Below are positions 19,470 to 29,061 of a DNA stretch of 64,000 bases, in pieces. The stretch is taken from positions 1,536,001 through 1,600,000 of the forward strand of contig OZ240215.1 in NCBI GenBank assembly GCA_965197585.1, read 5' to 3'. The notes beneath the pieces were generated by a model that worked only from the letters and a program-made list of their open reading frames with translations, did no database searches and was not told the origin of the DNA. The position numbers were made by a program, and so were the translations under genes. This DNA is from Dehalococcoidia bacterium (GTDB lineage Bacteria > Chloroflexota > Dehalococcoidia > Plut-88900). Every line of letters starts with the position of its first letter. Within the stretch, counting starts at the first letter, position 1.

Positions 19470-20393
19470 GTGATGAACACCATAAAACTGGGTACGCGGG
19501 CCAGTGATCTCGCTATGGAGCAAACCCGAGAAGCGTCCCGGGCCCTCACCCGAGCCTACCCGGACCTTAACGTCGAAATCGTACCCGTACATGCCCTCGG
19601 AGACCACGATAAGGTGTCCCCCATCGCCAAGCTGGGCGCTCGGGGCGTCTTCGTATCTACATTGGAAGACCGGCTCCGCTCCTGCGAGATCGACGCCGCA
19701 GTCCACAGCCTTAAGGACATGCCCACTGATACCGCCGAGGGATTCGTACTCGCCGCAGTACTGGAACGCCTCGATCCCCGGGACGTCCTGCTCACCTCCA
19801 ACGGCTGCGGACTGAAAGACCTGGCCCCAAATGCCCGCGTCGGCACCGGAAGCCCCCGACGCGCAGTTCAGATCAAGTCTGCTCGCCCAGATATTGAAAT
19901 CACCGGCATACGCGGCAACATCGACACACGTATCCGCAAGCTCAACAACGGTGACTACGATGCCATTGTCCTCGCCGCCGCGGGTCTCATCCGCATGGGT
20001 TGGCAGGACCGCATAGCAGAGTACCTCCCTGTTGAGACCTGCCTTCCTTCCATGGGCCAGGGCGCACTCGCCATCGAGACCCTCGCCACCAACACGGAGG
20101 TCACCCAACTCTTCGCCGAAATCGAGCACACCCCGACCCGCCGGGCGGTCGACGCCGAGCGGTCCTTCCTAAGGCAACTTGGCAGCGGTTGTCTCGCTCC
20201 GGTCACCGCTCACGCAACATTGAACGGCGATACCTTGGCCTTGACCGGTCTAGTCGGCCACCCCGAAACTTATCAAATTATGACTGATTCCATAGAAGGA
20301 AGCCCTGAAGACCCCGAAGGTCTGGGAATACGCCTCGCTGAAAGGTTCATGGCCCAGGGCGCAGAATCCTTGCTCGCAGGAGTTGTATCGTGA
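19470..20393 (+). CDS. hemC: Hydroxymethylbilane synthase (porphobilinogen deaminase)
   Basis: GTRASDLA, AVHSLKDMP, RGNIDTR and GCLAP motifs. Confidence 0.95.
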   Translation: MMNTIKLGTRASDLAMEQTREASRALTRAYPDLNVEIVPVHALGDHDKVSPIAKLGARGVFVSTLEDRLRSCEIDAAVHSLKDMPTDTAEGFVLAAVLERLDPRDVLLTSNGCGLKDLAPNARVGTGSPRRAVQIKSARPDIEITGIRGNIDTRIRKLNNGDYDAIVLAAAGLIRMGWQDRIAEYLPVETCLPSMGQGALAIETLATNTEVTQLFAEIEHTPTRRAVDAERSFLRQLGSGCLAPVTAHATLNGDTLALTGLVGHPETYQIMTDSIEGSPEDPEGLGIRLAERFMAQGAESLLAGVVS

Positions 20394-21916
20394 GCCGAGT
20401 CGGCTTGGTAGCCCTTGTCGGCGCGGGTCCCGGAGACCCGGGCCTCATCACCGTCAAGGCCTTGGAATACATCAAACACGCCGACGTTATCGTATACGAC
20501 AGGCTGGTAAACCCTGTCCTCCTGGACCATGCCCTCGAGACCTGTGAACTGGTCTACGTGGGCAAAACTCCAAAACATCACACCAAGACGCAGGACGAGA
20601 TCAACAACATCCTGGTCGCCCAGGCCAAACAGGGCAAGCTCGTCGTCAGGCTCAAGGGCGGCGACCCCTTCCTATTCGGCAGGGGAGGGGAGGAAGCCGA
20701 GGTCCTTGCCGCCGAAGACCTGCCTTTTGAGGTCATACCCGGCGTCTCCTCCGCAATCGCTGCTCCCGCTTACGCCGGCATCCCGGTCACCCACCGCGAC
20801 CTATCCTCCTCGGTTGCCGTGGTCACCGGCCACGAGGACCCTGAAAAGTCCCGGGTCTCCGTTGACTGGGCCGCCCTCGCCCACGGCCCCGATACCCTTG
20901 TCATCCTTATGGGCCTCGGCAATCTTCAGTCGATTACTGACCGGCTTATTGAGGCCGGTAAGTCCCCCGATACTCCCGTCGCGCTCATACAGGACGCCAC
21001 CACCCCCGACCAGAAAACTGTCATCGGCACACTTGCCGATATCGCCCAGAAAGCCAGTGAAGCAGGCCTAAAGCCCCCTGCCGTCGCCGTAATAGGAGAC
21101 GTGGTGCGCCTCCGAGAACAGATCTCGTGGCACGAGACCCGGCCCCTTTCCAACCGCCGCATCCTCGTAACCCGTGCCCGTAAGCAGGCCAGCGCCCTAT
21201 CTTTCAGGCTCGCCGCTCTGGGTGCGGAAGTAATCGAGCTTCCCGCTATTGAAATTACCCAGTCGCCCGATCACCGGAAAGCCCTTGGAGAGGCGGTCGG
21301 CAGTGTGCACGAATACGACTGGGCTATCTTCACCAGCGTGAACGGTGTCTCCCTATTTTTTGACCGATGGCGCACCCTTGGGGCCCTACCCGACTCCCTG
21401 AACGGCTTGAAACTTGCCGCCATCGGCCCCGAGACCGCCAAGGCCATCGGGAGCTACGGTTTCCCCGTATCCGTCACCGCCTCTACCTATACCGCTGAAG
21501 GACTCCTGGATTCCCTAGCCACCCTGGACATGCAAGGGACCAGAGTCATGCTCCCAAGAGCCGAGGGTTCCAGGCCCGTGCTTCCCGCAGGGCTGACAAA
21601 AATGGGCGCAACTGTGGACGAGTTCCTTACCTACGGCGCCTCGGGCCCACAAAGAAAGCCCGAGCAGGCTATTAAACGGCTCCGGGCCGGAGAGGTGGAT
21701 ATCGCCACCTTCGCCAGCTCGTCCACGGTTAAGAACCTTGTTCGCATGCTGGAAGGCGACGTCTCCCCCCTGAAAGACACTTGCGTGGCCTGCATAGGCC
21801 CCGTGACGGCTGCAACTGCCGAGGAACTTGGCCTGGATGTCACCATTGTGGCCCGTGAACACACCATACCCGGGCTCGTAGACGCTATACTTGAAGGCAA
21901 AGGAGGTCTGACATGA
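20390..21916 (+). CDS. cobA: Uroporphyrinogen-III C-methyltransferase / uroporphyrinogen-III synthase fusion (CobA-HemD)
   Basis: GAGPGDPGLIT and RLKGGDPFLFGRGGEE, followed by a HemD domain (ILVTRA, FTSVNGV, FASSSTV). Confidence 0.93.
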   Translation: MSRVGLVALVGAGPGDPGLITVKALEYIKHADVIVYDRLVNPVLLDHALETCELVYVGKTPKHHTKTQDEINNILVAQAKQGKLVVRLKGGDPFLFGRGGEEAEVLAAEDLPFEVIPGVSSAIAAPAYAGIPVTHRDLSSSVAVVTGHEDPEKSRVSVDWAALAHGPDTLVILMGLGNLQSITDRLIEAGKSPDTPVALIQDATTPDQKTVIGTLADIAQKASEAGLKPPAVAVIGDVVRLREQISWHETRPLSNRRILVTRARKQASALSFRLAALGAEVIELPAIEITQSPDHRKALGEAVGSVHEYDWAIFTSVNGVSLFFDRWRTLGALPDSLNGLKLAAIGPETAKAIGSYGFPVSVTASTYTAEGLLDSLATLDMQGTRVMLPRAEGSRPVLPAGLTKMGATVDEFLTYGASGPQRKPEQAIKRLRAGEVDIATFASSSTVKNLVRMLEGDVSPLKDTCVACIGPVTAATAEELGLDVTIVAREHTIPGLVDAILEGKGGLT

Positions 21917-22932
21917 CCAGTTTGCTTGAGCAGATGGTACCAACTCAGGGTTCTGGATTCCCCATTCAGAGGCTCCGACGTTTACGCCGAACCCAGGCTA
22001 TGCGGGACCTGACCAAGGAAACTACCTTGAGCCCCAGCGACTTCATTTACCCGATGTTCGTCACGCAGGACTCGGGCCAAAAGCGTGAAGTCTCTTCTAT
22101 GCCGGGGGTCTACCAGATGTCCCCGGACATCGCCGCCAAGGAAACGGAGGAAGTCGCTGCGCTCGGTATTAAGGCGGTGCTTCTCTTCGGCCTGCCCAAA
22201 GAAAAAGACTCCGTCGGCACAGGGGCCTACGACCCCAACGGAGTTATTCAAGAAGCGGTCGCCAGCATAAAAAACGCCTCCCCCGACACCCTCGTCATCA
22301 CTGACGTCTGCCTCTGCGAATACACCGACCACGGCCACTGCGGCGTCATCGTCGACGAATATGTCGACAATGACCAGACCCTGGAACTCCTGAGCAGGAC
22401 AGCCCTCTCCCACGCCGAGGCTGGCGCCGACATCGTTGCTCCTTCCAACATGATGGACGGCGCCGTCGCCTCCATCCGGGATATCCTCAACCGAAACGAC
22501 CTCGACCTCACTCCCATCATGGCCTACTCGGCCAAGTACGCCTCCTCCTTCTACGGGCCCTTCAGGGACGCCGCGAACTCCACTCCCTCCTTCGGAGACC
22601 GTAAGTCCTACCAAATGGACCCCCGAAACTCTCGAGAGGCCCTTCTGGAGATAGATTTGGACATCCAGGAAGGCGCCGATATAATCATGGTCAAGCCCGC
22701 GCTGGCGTTTCTGGACGTAATATCCAAGGCCCGAGAAGCCTTCCGCCAACCCCTCGGGGCCTACAACGTCAGCGGCGAATACGCTATGGTCAAGGCCGCG
22801 GGCCGTAACGGCTGGCTCGACGAAAAGAAAGTCACCATGGAAATCCTGACCGGCATCAAACGTGCGGGCGCCGACCTCATCCTTAGCTACCACGCCAAAG
22901 AGGTCTCTCGCTGGCTAAGGGAACAGGAGTAG
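21913..22932 (+). CDS. hemB: Porphobilinogen synthase (ALA dehydratase)
   Basis: DVCLCEYTDHGHCG, MVKPAL and AYNVSGEY motifs. Confidence 0.96.
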   Translation: MTSLLEQMVPTQGSGFPIQRLRRLRRTQAMRDLTKETTLSPSDFIYPMFVTQDSGQKREVSSMPGVYQMSPDIAAKETEEVAALGIKAVLLFGLPKEKDSVGTGAYDPNGVIQEAVASIKNASPDTLVITDVCLCEYTDHGHCGVIVDEYVDNDQTLELLSRTALSHAEAGADIVAPSNMMDGAVASIRDILNRNDLDLTPIMAYSAKYASSFYGPFRDAANSTPSFGDRKSYQMDPRNSREALLEIDLDIQEGADIIMVKPALAFLDVISKAREAFRQPLGAYNVSGEYAMVKAAGRNGWLDEKKVTMEILTGIKRAGADLILSYHAKEVSRWLREQE

Positions 22933-22941
22933 TTACACCCA

Positions 22942-23523
22942 ATGAGTTTCGTATCCCTGGCCCTGAAGGAATGGGCAGTAATCACCCGGGCACTGGCCCG
23001 CGGCGAACAATTCCTCGTCCTCCGCAAGGGCGGCATCCGTGAACAGCAAAAGCGCTTCGTCCTGGAGGGCAACCGATTCCTCCTATATCCCACCTACGAG
23101 CACCAGAGTGTAGATCTCCTCAAGCCCCAGTGGCACGACTCCCTCGCCCAGACTCTGACCCAAGCCCCGTCACCCGACACCGTTATCATCGATACCCTCG
23201 CCGAGGTCGTTGAAATCCTCGAAATCACCGAGCCTGAACGCGTAACCGCACTCACCGACTTCTACATCTGCACTGACGACTACGCCCAGTATCGGCTCAA
23301 GTGGCGGCCCAAGCACGCCCTGTCGATCATCCTTCTCCGGGCAATGAAGCTGAAGCGCCCTCAAGCCATCCCGGTCCTGCCTCGATATGGCGGTTGCATC
23401 TCCTGGGTGGAGCTTGAAGAGCCCATCAACGTTACCGGAGCCACCGCCGTAGTGCCCGACGAAACCCTCCGCTCCGAAATCATCCGCATTAAGGAGGCCG
23501 TGGGCACGGTAGTCCCAGTATGA
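22942..23523 (+). CDS. DUF1802 family protein
   Basis: ALKEWA...LRKGGIRE...FLLYPTYEHQ...YGGCISWV. Confidence 0.8.
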   Translation: MSFVSLALKEWAVITRALARGEQFLVLRKGGIREQQKRFVLEGNRFLLYPTYEHQSVDLLKPQWHDSLAQTLTQAPSPDTVIIDTLAEVVEILEITEPERVTALTDFYICTDDYAQYRLKWRPKHALSIILLRAMKLKRPQAIPVLPRYGGCISWVELEEPINVTGATAVVPDETLRSEIIRIKEAVGTVVPV

Positions 23524-24515
23524 AATACCGTACGATACCCAACACCGACCTATCTGTATCCGAGACCGGTTTCGGCACCTGGACACTGGTCAGTAACTGG
23601 TGGGGTAATGTCAGCGAAGAGGATTCCGTCAAGCTCATCCACAAAGCCCTCGATCTTGGCATAAACCTCTTCGATACCGCCGACCAGTACAGCTCCGGCG
23701 CCAACGAGGAAGTCGTCGCCAAGGCTCTCAAGGGTCAGCGCAACGACGTCGTTCTCTGCACCAAGGTCGGCTACGACTTCTATACCTTCACCGCCCGCAT
23801 CCGGCACAAGGAAAAACCACAGAACTTCGAACCCCATTTCATCAGAGAGGCCTGCGAAAAGAGCCTTCAACGCCTCCAGACCGACTGGATAGACGTCTAC
23901 CAGCTCCACAACCCCCGTATAAATGTCATTGAGCGGGACGACGTTTTCGAAACCCTGGAAGACTTGAAGAAAGAAGGCAAGATTCGCCACTATGGCGTGG
24001 GCCTCGGCCCCGACATAGGCTGGTTCGAAGAGGGCCAGGCCTCCATGCAGGAGCGATCGGTCTCCACCCTCCAAATCATCTACAGCATCCTGGAGCAGGA
24101 CCCGGCCCAGGACTTCTTCCCTATCGCCAAGGATTGCGGCACGGGCCTTTTCGTGCGCGTGCCCCACGCCAGCGGTTTGCTCGATGGTACCGTCAACCGG
24201 GACACCGTATTCCCGGAGACCGACCACCGCAGTTACCGCAAGCAGGAGTGGCTCGACGAAAGCATGATCAAGGTCGATCAGATCGGCTTCCTCACCGAGG
24301 ACACTGGCCTGACCATAGGCCAGGCCGCCATAAAATTCTCTCTCGGTCAAGATACCGTCTCTTCCGTCCTGATCACTGTAACCGACCCCGTACAGCTCGA
24401 AGAGTTCGCCAAAGCCCCGGACCTTCCCGACCTTCCCCAGGAATACCTTGACCGAGTGTACGAGCTTTATCGAAATAACTTTGGCATAACCCCGGCGCCC
24501 ACCGCCGCAAGTTAA
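23520..24515 (+). CDS. Aldo/keto reductase
   Basis: FDTADQY, TKVG and SLQRLQTDWIDVYQLHNP (catalytic D/Y/K/H present). Confidence 0.92.
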   Translation: MKYRTIPNTDLSVSETGFGTWTLVSNWWGNVSEEDSVKLIHKALDLGINLFDTADQYSSGANEEVVAKALKGQRNDVVLCTKVGYDFYTFTARIRHKEKPQNFEPHFIREACEKSLQRLQTDWIDVYQLHNPRINVIERDDVFETLEDLKKEGKIRHYGVGLGPDIGWFEEGQASMQERSVSTLQIIYSILEQDPAQDFFPIAKDCGTGLFVRVPHASGLLDGTVNRDTVFPETDHRSYRKQEWLDESMIKVDQIGFLTEDTGLTIGQAAIKFSLGQDTVSSVLITVTDPVQLEEFAKAPDLPDLPQEYLDRVYELYRNNFGITPAPTAAS

Positions 24516-24552
24516 ACCAGACCCGACCCAAATCGACTTACCAGGAGCAAGA

Positions 24553-25554
24553 ATGGTCGCCAAGACTGCCACGGAACTCACCACAACCCAGAAGGAGCTT
24601 CTAAACACACTGCAGTGGGACTTTCCTTTGGTAGAAGAGCCCTTCTCCGAGATTGGCGCAAGGCTTGGCTTGACTGAGGGAGAGGTAATCGGTCAAATAG
24701 CCACGCTCAAGGACGAGGCCATAATCAGGGAGCTAAACGCCATATTCGACACCCGGAGGCTCGGTTACAAGAGCTCCCTTGTAGCCGTCCGTGCCCCCGA
24801 GGACCGCGTCGACGACGTAGCGGCCGTAATCAGCGAACACCCCGGAGTCAGCCACAACTACAAGCGCGACCACTATTTCAACATCTGGTTCACCCTCGCC
24901 GTACCGCCGGAAAGCGACCTGGAATCGGAGCTCGACTCCCTTGCCGCACGCGCCGGTGCCGAGAAGTACCGCCTGCTGCCCACCAAGCACCTGTTCAAGA
25001 TCGGCGTGAAACTGGACATGACCAAGGATGAGGTAAAGCTGGAACCCGAGAAGCGCGTAGCCAAAAAGTCCAGGCCGACCGCTGGGCCCTTAACCGACGA
25101 AGACCGGGCCTTCGTTCGGGAACTTCAGGAAGACGTCCCCTTGGTCCCGCGCCCCTTTGACGGCATGGCCAAAAGGCTGGGTATGACGGTTCCCGGGCTG
25201 TTGGAGAAAATCCAGTGGTTTCAGGATGTGGGGTTTATGCGCCGGTTCGCCGCAGTGCTTAGGCACCAGAACGCGGGCTTCACTTCCAACGGTATGGTCT
25301 GCTGGAAAGTGCCGGAGGAGCAGATCAGGAGCGTGGGAGAGATTGCAGCTTCATTCCCTCAAGTGAGCCACTGCTACCAGAGGCCCACTTACCCCGACTG
25401 GCCCTACAGCCTCTTCAGCATGGTTCACTCGCGGTCCGATGATAAATGCCGCAAGATTGCTGAGCAGATCTCTGAAAAGACCGGAATCACCGAGTACGAG
25501 ATCCTTTTCAGCACGAAGGAATACAAGAAGGAGCGGGTCAGGTATTTCGTTTAA
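24553..25554 (+). CDS. Fused siroheme decarboxylase AhbA-AhbB (NirDL/GH-like, AsnC fold)
   Basis: Two tandem AsnC-like halves with VSHNYKR..FNIWFT and VSHCYQRP.YPDWPYSLFSMVH; located in the tetrapyrrole operon. Confidence 0.85.
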   Translation: MVAKTATELTTTQKELLNTLQWDFPLVEEPFSEIGARLGLTEGEVIGQIATLKDEAIIRELNAIFDTRRLGYKSSLVAVRAPEDRVDDVAAVISEHPGVSHNYKRDHYFNIWFTLAVPPESDLESELDSLAARAGAEKYRLLPTKHLFKIGVKLDMTKDEVKLEPEKRVAKKSRPTAGPLTDEDRAFVRELQEDVPLVPRPFDGMAKRLGMTVPGLLEKIQWFQDVGFMRRFAAVLRHQNAGFTSNGMVCWKVPEEQIRSVGEIAASFPQVSHCYQRPTYPDWPYSLFSMVHSRSDDKCRKIAEQISEKTGITEYEILFSTKEYKKERVRYFV

Positions 25555-25586
25555 CCCGTACCCACGCCTGACTGAATCAAAGGGTC

Positions 25587-25614
25587 GTCCCAAGGCGGCT
25601 AGCCGCCTTGGGAC
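25587..25614. terminator. Perfect 28-bp palindrome between convergent genes
   Basis: GTCCCAAGGCGGCT|AGCCGCCTTGGGAC. Confidence 0.6.
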
Positions 25615-25636
25615 CGTGCTTAAAGGGACGGTGCCG

Positions 25637-25741
25637 CTACTCTGCCTCCGCGTCCTTGTTGCCCATCCGGCCCTTTAGTAACTTGGCTGCAGCGCCTATC
25701 ACTGCGGCAACCAGTGCAACCAATATAAACTTTTTCTTCAT
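25637..25741 (-). CDS. Small (34 aa) single-pass membrane protein, not in the ORF track
   Basis: MKKKFILVALVAAVIGAAAKLLKGRMGNKDAEAE*, with GAGGTG RBS upstream and a hairpin downstream. Confidence 0.65.
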   Translation of the reverse strand: MKKKFILVALVAAVIGAAAKLLKGRMGNKDAEAE

Positions 25742-26023
25742 CTTGTACACCTCTTACCCGGGAGTCGAGGATCGGAGAAATTCACGACCCTCTCCATAAA
25801 TTATATTGATTTGCCCTTCCCTTTAGCAAGTAGTGACATAGGAGCGTCTGCCAACCCTATCCCCGAGGCCGTTAACTAATGCACAGAAACCTTCCGAACG
25901 CCTCGCTTTAATCGGATATTCGTATAAACGGTTGCCCAAGGAGGTTGGGCGAGGCTACCATATGCCCTGAATGATCTCCCTCTTAGACCTCGCATAATTC
26001 CCAAGCCACGATACGGAGAAAAC

Positions 26024-26722
26024 ATGTCCGCCCAATTGACGCTAACCCAACTCGAGACCCTCCGAAACATCACCGCCCCCACAATTGCCAACGCCATTGA
26101 GACTTTCGATATCCAATCCAGAAGCGTCGGCTTCATGGGCCCCGAGATCAAGTGCATCCTCCCGAGCCTCGGGAACATGGCTGCCTACGCGTGTACGGCA
26201 GTCATCAGCGCCCGTTCCCCTGCCTTCAAAGGACAGGGGCCAACAGCCCGAGACCTCTGGGAGCACGCACTGAGCATCCCCGAGCCCCGCGTCGTTGTCA
26301 TCAAGGACCTGGACTACCCCAACACTATTGGCTCCTTCTGGGGTGAGGTCAACGGCAACGTCCACAAGGCTCTTGGGTGCGTTGGCACGGTTACCGATGG
26401 TGGAGTGCGTGACCTGGACGAGGTCGAGGAGCTAGGCTTCCATTTCTTCGCTACTGAAGTATTGGTCTCCCACGCCTACGTCCACTTGGAAGCCGTGGGC
26501 TGTCCCGTCACCGTCGGAGGTGTGGAGGTCCGGCCCGGTGACTTGATTCACGGCGACAAGCACGGAGTCATCAGCATTCCCTCTGAGATCGCCGCCCGAG
26601 TCGCCGACGCCTCTCAGCAAATGGAAGACTGGGAGCGGCCTGTCATCGAGTTTTGCAAGTCCCTCGACTTTAACGTGGACAAACTGCAGGAACTTATGTC
26701 GAGGCCCCGCCCCTCCAACTAG
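26024..26722 (+). CDS. RraA/HMG-aldolase family protein
   Basis: GEVN...GTVTDGGVRDLDEV and GDLIHGDKHGV motifs. Confidence 0.85.
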   Translation: MSAQLTLTQLETLRNITAPTIANAIETFDIQSRSVGFMGPEIKCILPSLGNMAAYACTAVISARSPAFKGQGPTARDLWEHALSIPEPRVVVIKDLDYPNTIGSFWGEVNGNVHKALGCVGTVTDGGVRDLDEVEELGFHFFATEVLVSHAYVHLEAVGCPVTVGGVEVRPGDLIHGDKHGVISIPSEIAARVADASQQMEDWERPVIEFCKSLDFNVDKLQELMSRPRPSN

Positions 26723-27556
26723 CTATAACCCCGACCTGTTGGCCTCCGACTGCCGCTGCGCCGCGATCAGGCATTCCCTGTACGCCGTCTCCACTCCTCG
26801 TCTTTCGAGCGCCTTTATGCCTGCAAAAGTCATGTTGTTCGGCACCCGGGCGTAGTCCAACAGCTTCTCCATTCCTTCGGGTGTACAGTCCTCGCCGTCT
26901 AACACCCTGGACGTGCATCTGAGCGTAGCGAGCGACACCGCCTGGGCGTCCGCCACCGACAACCCCGCCTCCCGACCATAGGCCACCATCGCCTTGATCA
27001 CCGGAAACAGAAAGAACTGGCTGCACGCCTGCAGCACAGTAAATGCGTCCTGCCTTCCGTCCTCGACTACCATGATCTCGTTGCCGAACCTGCCCCAATA
27101 CTCCTTCAGTGCCTCAACGTGTTTCACCGAAGTCCCAGGTTCGAATGTCATAGCAATATAGCCTTCTCCACTCCCCATGAAGACCGGCGTAAATACCCAG
27201 GCCAGGGTGCAGGGGGACTTGAGAAATTGCCGGTACCACGACAGGGGAATCGACGCTGCACCAGTCGCCACGATTTGCTCCTCACCAATAACCGGCCCGA
27301 CCTCCTCCATCAGTGCGGCCATCTGTTCCGGCCTTACCAGGGGAATGATCATGTCCGCACCCTCGCAAGCCTCCCCGTTGGAAGCCAGCACCCGGATCCC
27401 GAATCGCTCTGATACTTCCACTCGACGCTCCGCCCGCCTGTGCGTCGCGACTACCTCCACTCCTCGCGCCTTCTCCTCCTCCGAGGCCATGACCTTCAAA
27501 AGCAATTCTGAGTATCGACCCGCGCCCAGTATCGCAATTCTCTTTATTCTTCCCAT
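26723..27556 (-). CDS. Pyrroline-5-carboxylate reductase-like protein (divergent)
   Basis: N-terminal Rossmann (IAILGAG) and ProC-like dimerisation region (DAFTVL, GLS...A, P...T..GI..LE..G). Confidence 0.65.
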   Translation of the reverse strand: MGRIKRIAILGAGRYSELLLKVMASEEEKARGVEVVATHRRAERRVEVSERFGIRVLASNGEACEGADMIIPLVRPEQMAALMEEVGPVIGEEQIVATGAASIPLSWYRQFLKSPCTLAWVFTPVFMGSGEGYIAMTFEPGTSVKHVEALKEYWGRFGNEIMVVEDGRQDAFTVLQACSQFFLFPVIKAMVAYGREAGLSVADAQAVSLATLRCTSRVLDGEDCTPEGMEKLLDYARVPNNMTFAGIKALERRGVETAYRECLIAAQRQSEANRSGL

Positions 27557-27629
27557 CGCTCTCCTAAAGCCCTATCGAGGGATTTGTATAACAGTTGCTC
27601 CCGCTCCCGAGTCGGATCCATCCTCACGG

Positions 27630-27690
27630 GCGGGGCATTCCGCTCGCCCTGAGCCGAGTCGAAGGGTCTCAAGAGTGGAATGGGCGGGGT
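27630..27690. repeat. REP-like unit CATTCCGCTCGCCCTGAGCCGAGTCGAAGGGTCTCAAGAGTGGAATG
   Basis: Terminal inverted repeats; near-identical at 41901-41984 and related at 57481-57540. Confidence 0.75.
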
Positions 27691-27725
27691 GGCTCAGACC
27701 TGATCTGGAGTTATACAAAGGCTCC

Positions 27726-28817
27726 TTATCCGGTATCAGCCGCAGCCAACTTAGGAGCTGGAAAATCTATGCCGAACTCCTCGGAATAGGTCCGTAGCGC
27801 CTCCACAACTTCCGTATGGAGAGGCACCCCGTCCCTGAGGCGCTTCAACCGAACCTCGTGCTCCTTCTGTCCTGGAATCAACACCGGCTGGTCAGCCTGG
27901 ACCCGTGGTGTCGACCTCATGTCCCGTATCATCTCATCCATCATGGACTTGAACTCCGCCACGGGCCGGAAACCGTCCACCCGAAACGCCCCTAAGAAGT
28001 GCCCGACCACCCGTTTCTCCCGAGACATCGTCGCCCCGAACCCCACTCCCGTCAGCACCCCGGAAAGAATGTCCACCAGCATCCCCAGCCCGAATCCCTT
28101 GTAGCTGCTCAGCTCCGCCATCGACCCCAGGGGCACCAGAGCGCCCCCATTCCAGTAGTCGTTGGGGTCCGTCGTGTCCCGTCCTTCCGAGTCCACCGCC
28201 CACCCCACTGGTATCGGTTCTGACTTTCTCCTCGCGAGCTCCAGCTTCCCGACCGCCACCGCACTGGTAGCCATGTCCAGCACGTACGGGGGTTCCTCTC
28301 CCGCGGGAATCGCATAGCTCATCGCATTCGTCCCGATTTTCCGTTTCGCCCCGAAAGTCGGCAGTACCGCCGGCGACGCCTGCGTCATTGAGATTCCGAT
28401 CATGTCGTGAGGCAGCGCCATCTCCGCATAGTATCCCGCCGACCCGTAATGTCGGCTGTTCGACACCCCCACCAGCCCCACCCCCGTGGCCCGCGCCTTC
28501 TCAATCGCCATCTCCATCGCACGGTGACCTACCACCGACCCTAGCCCACCGTCCCCGTCGACCATCGCTATCGTAGGACCGTCAGTGATAGTCTTCAGCT
28601 TAGGACGTGGATTGACGTTTCCGTTTTTGAGCCCTTTCACGTAGGACTGGTGCGCCGAGAGATGAGCGATACCGTGGGAGTCGATCCCTCGCAGGTCGGC
28701 ATATAACAGGACGTCTGTGCCGATGTCGGCCTCTTCCCCACTCATCCCACACCCCTCCAATATCGAGCTGGCCAGCCGATGCAGTTCATCGGCGTCAAAA
28801 TAGGTGTATTCGTTCAT
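27726..28817 (-). CDS. Ldh_2-family oxidoreductase (malate/L-lactate/ureidoglycolate/sulfolactate dehydrogenase-like)
   Basis: ADLRGIDSHG, NSRHYG, GTNA, DMATS and YKGFGL motifs. Confidence 0.9.
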   Translation of the reverse strand: MNEYTYFDADELHRLASSILEGCGMSGEEADIGTDVLLYADLRGIDSHGIAHLSAHQSYVKGLKNGNVNPRPKLKTITDGPTIAMVDGDGGLGSVVGHRAMEMAIEKARATGVGLVGVSNSRHYGSAGYYAEMALPHDMIGISMTQASPAVLPTFGAKRKIGTNAMSYAIPAGEEPPYVLDMATSAVAVGKLELARRKSEPIPVGWAVDSEGRDTTDPNDYWNGGALVPLGSMAELSSYKGFGLGMLVDILSGVLTGVGFGATMSREKRVVGHFLGAFRVDGFRPVAEFKSMMDEMIRDMRSTPRVQADQPVLIPGQKEHEVRLKRLRDGVPLHTEVVEALRTYSEEFGIDFPAPKLAAADTG

Positions 28818-29061
28818 CTTTTCCCTCGAGGTCAGGGCCGCCGAATTCTACCCTTTTAGCTGAACCCTTGTGTAGAAGGGCCTGATACCTGGAATGGAGA
28901 CTGTCTTGCTGACCCTTTCCCTCACCCCTTGTGTATCAGAGCCTTGCACCTTCAATAGCCCCCGACAGCCGGGGGCTGGTATACTGAGATACGTGACCCA
29001 CCCGAGCCCCTGCCCGGCATTCCTTGGATCCTCCCCTCTTCAACACTGTTAGGAAACCTCA

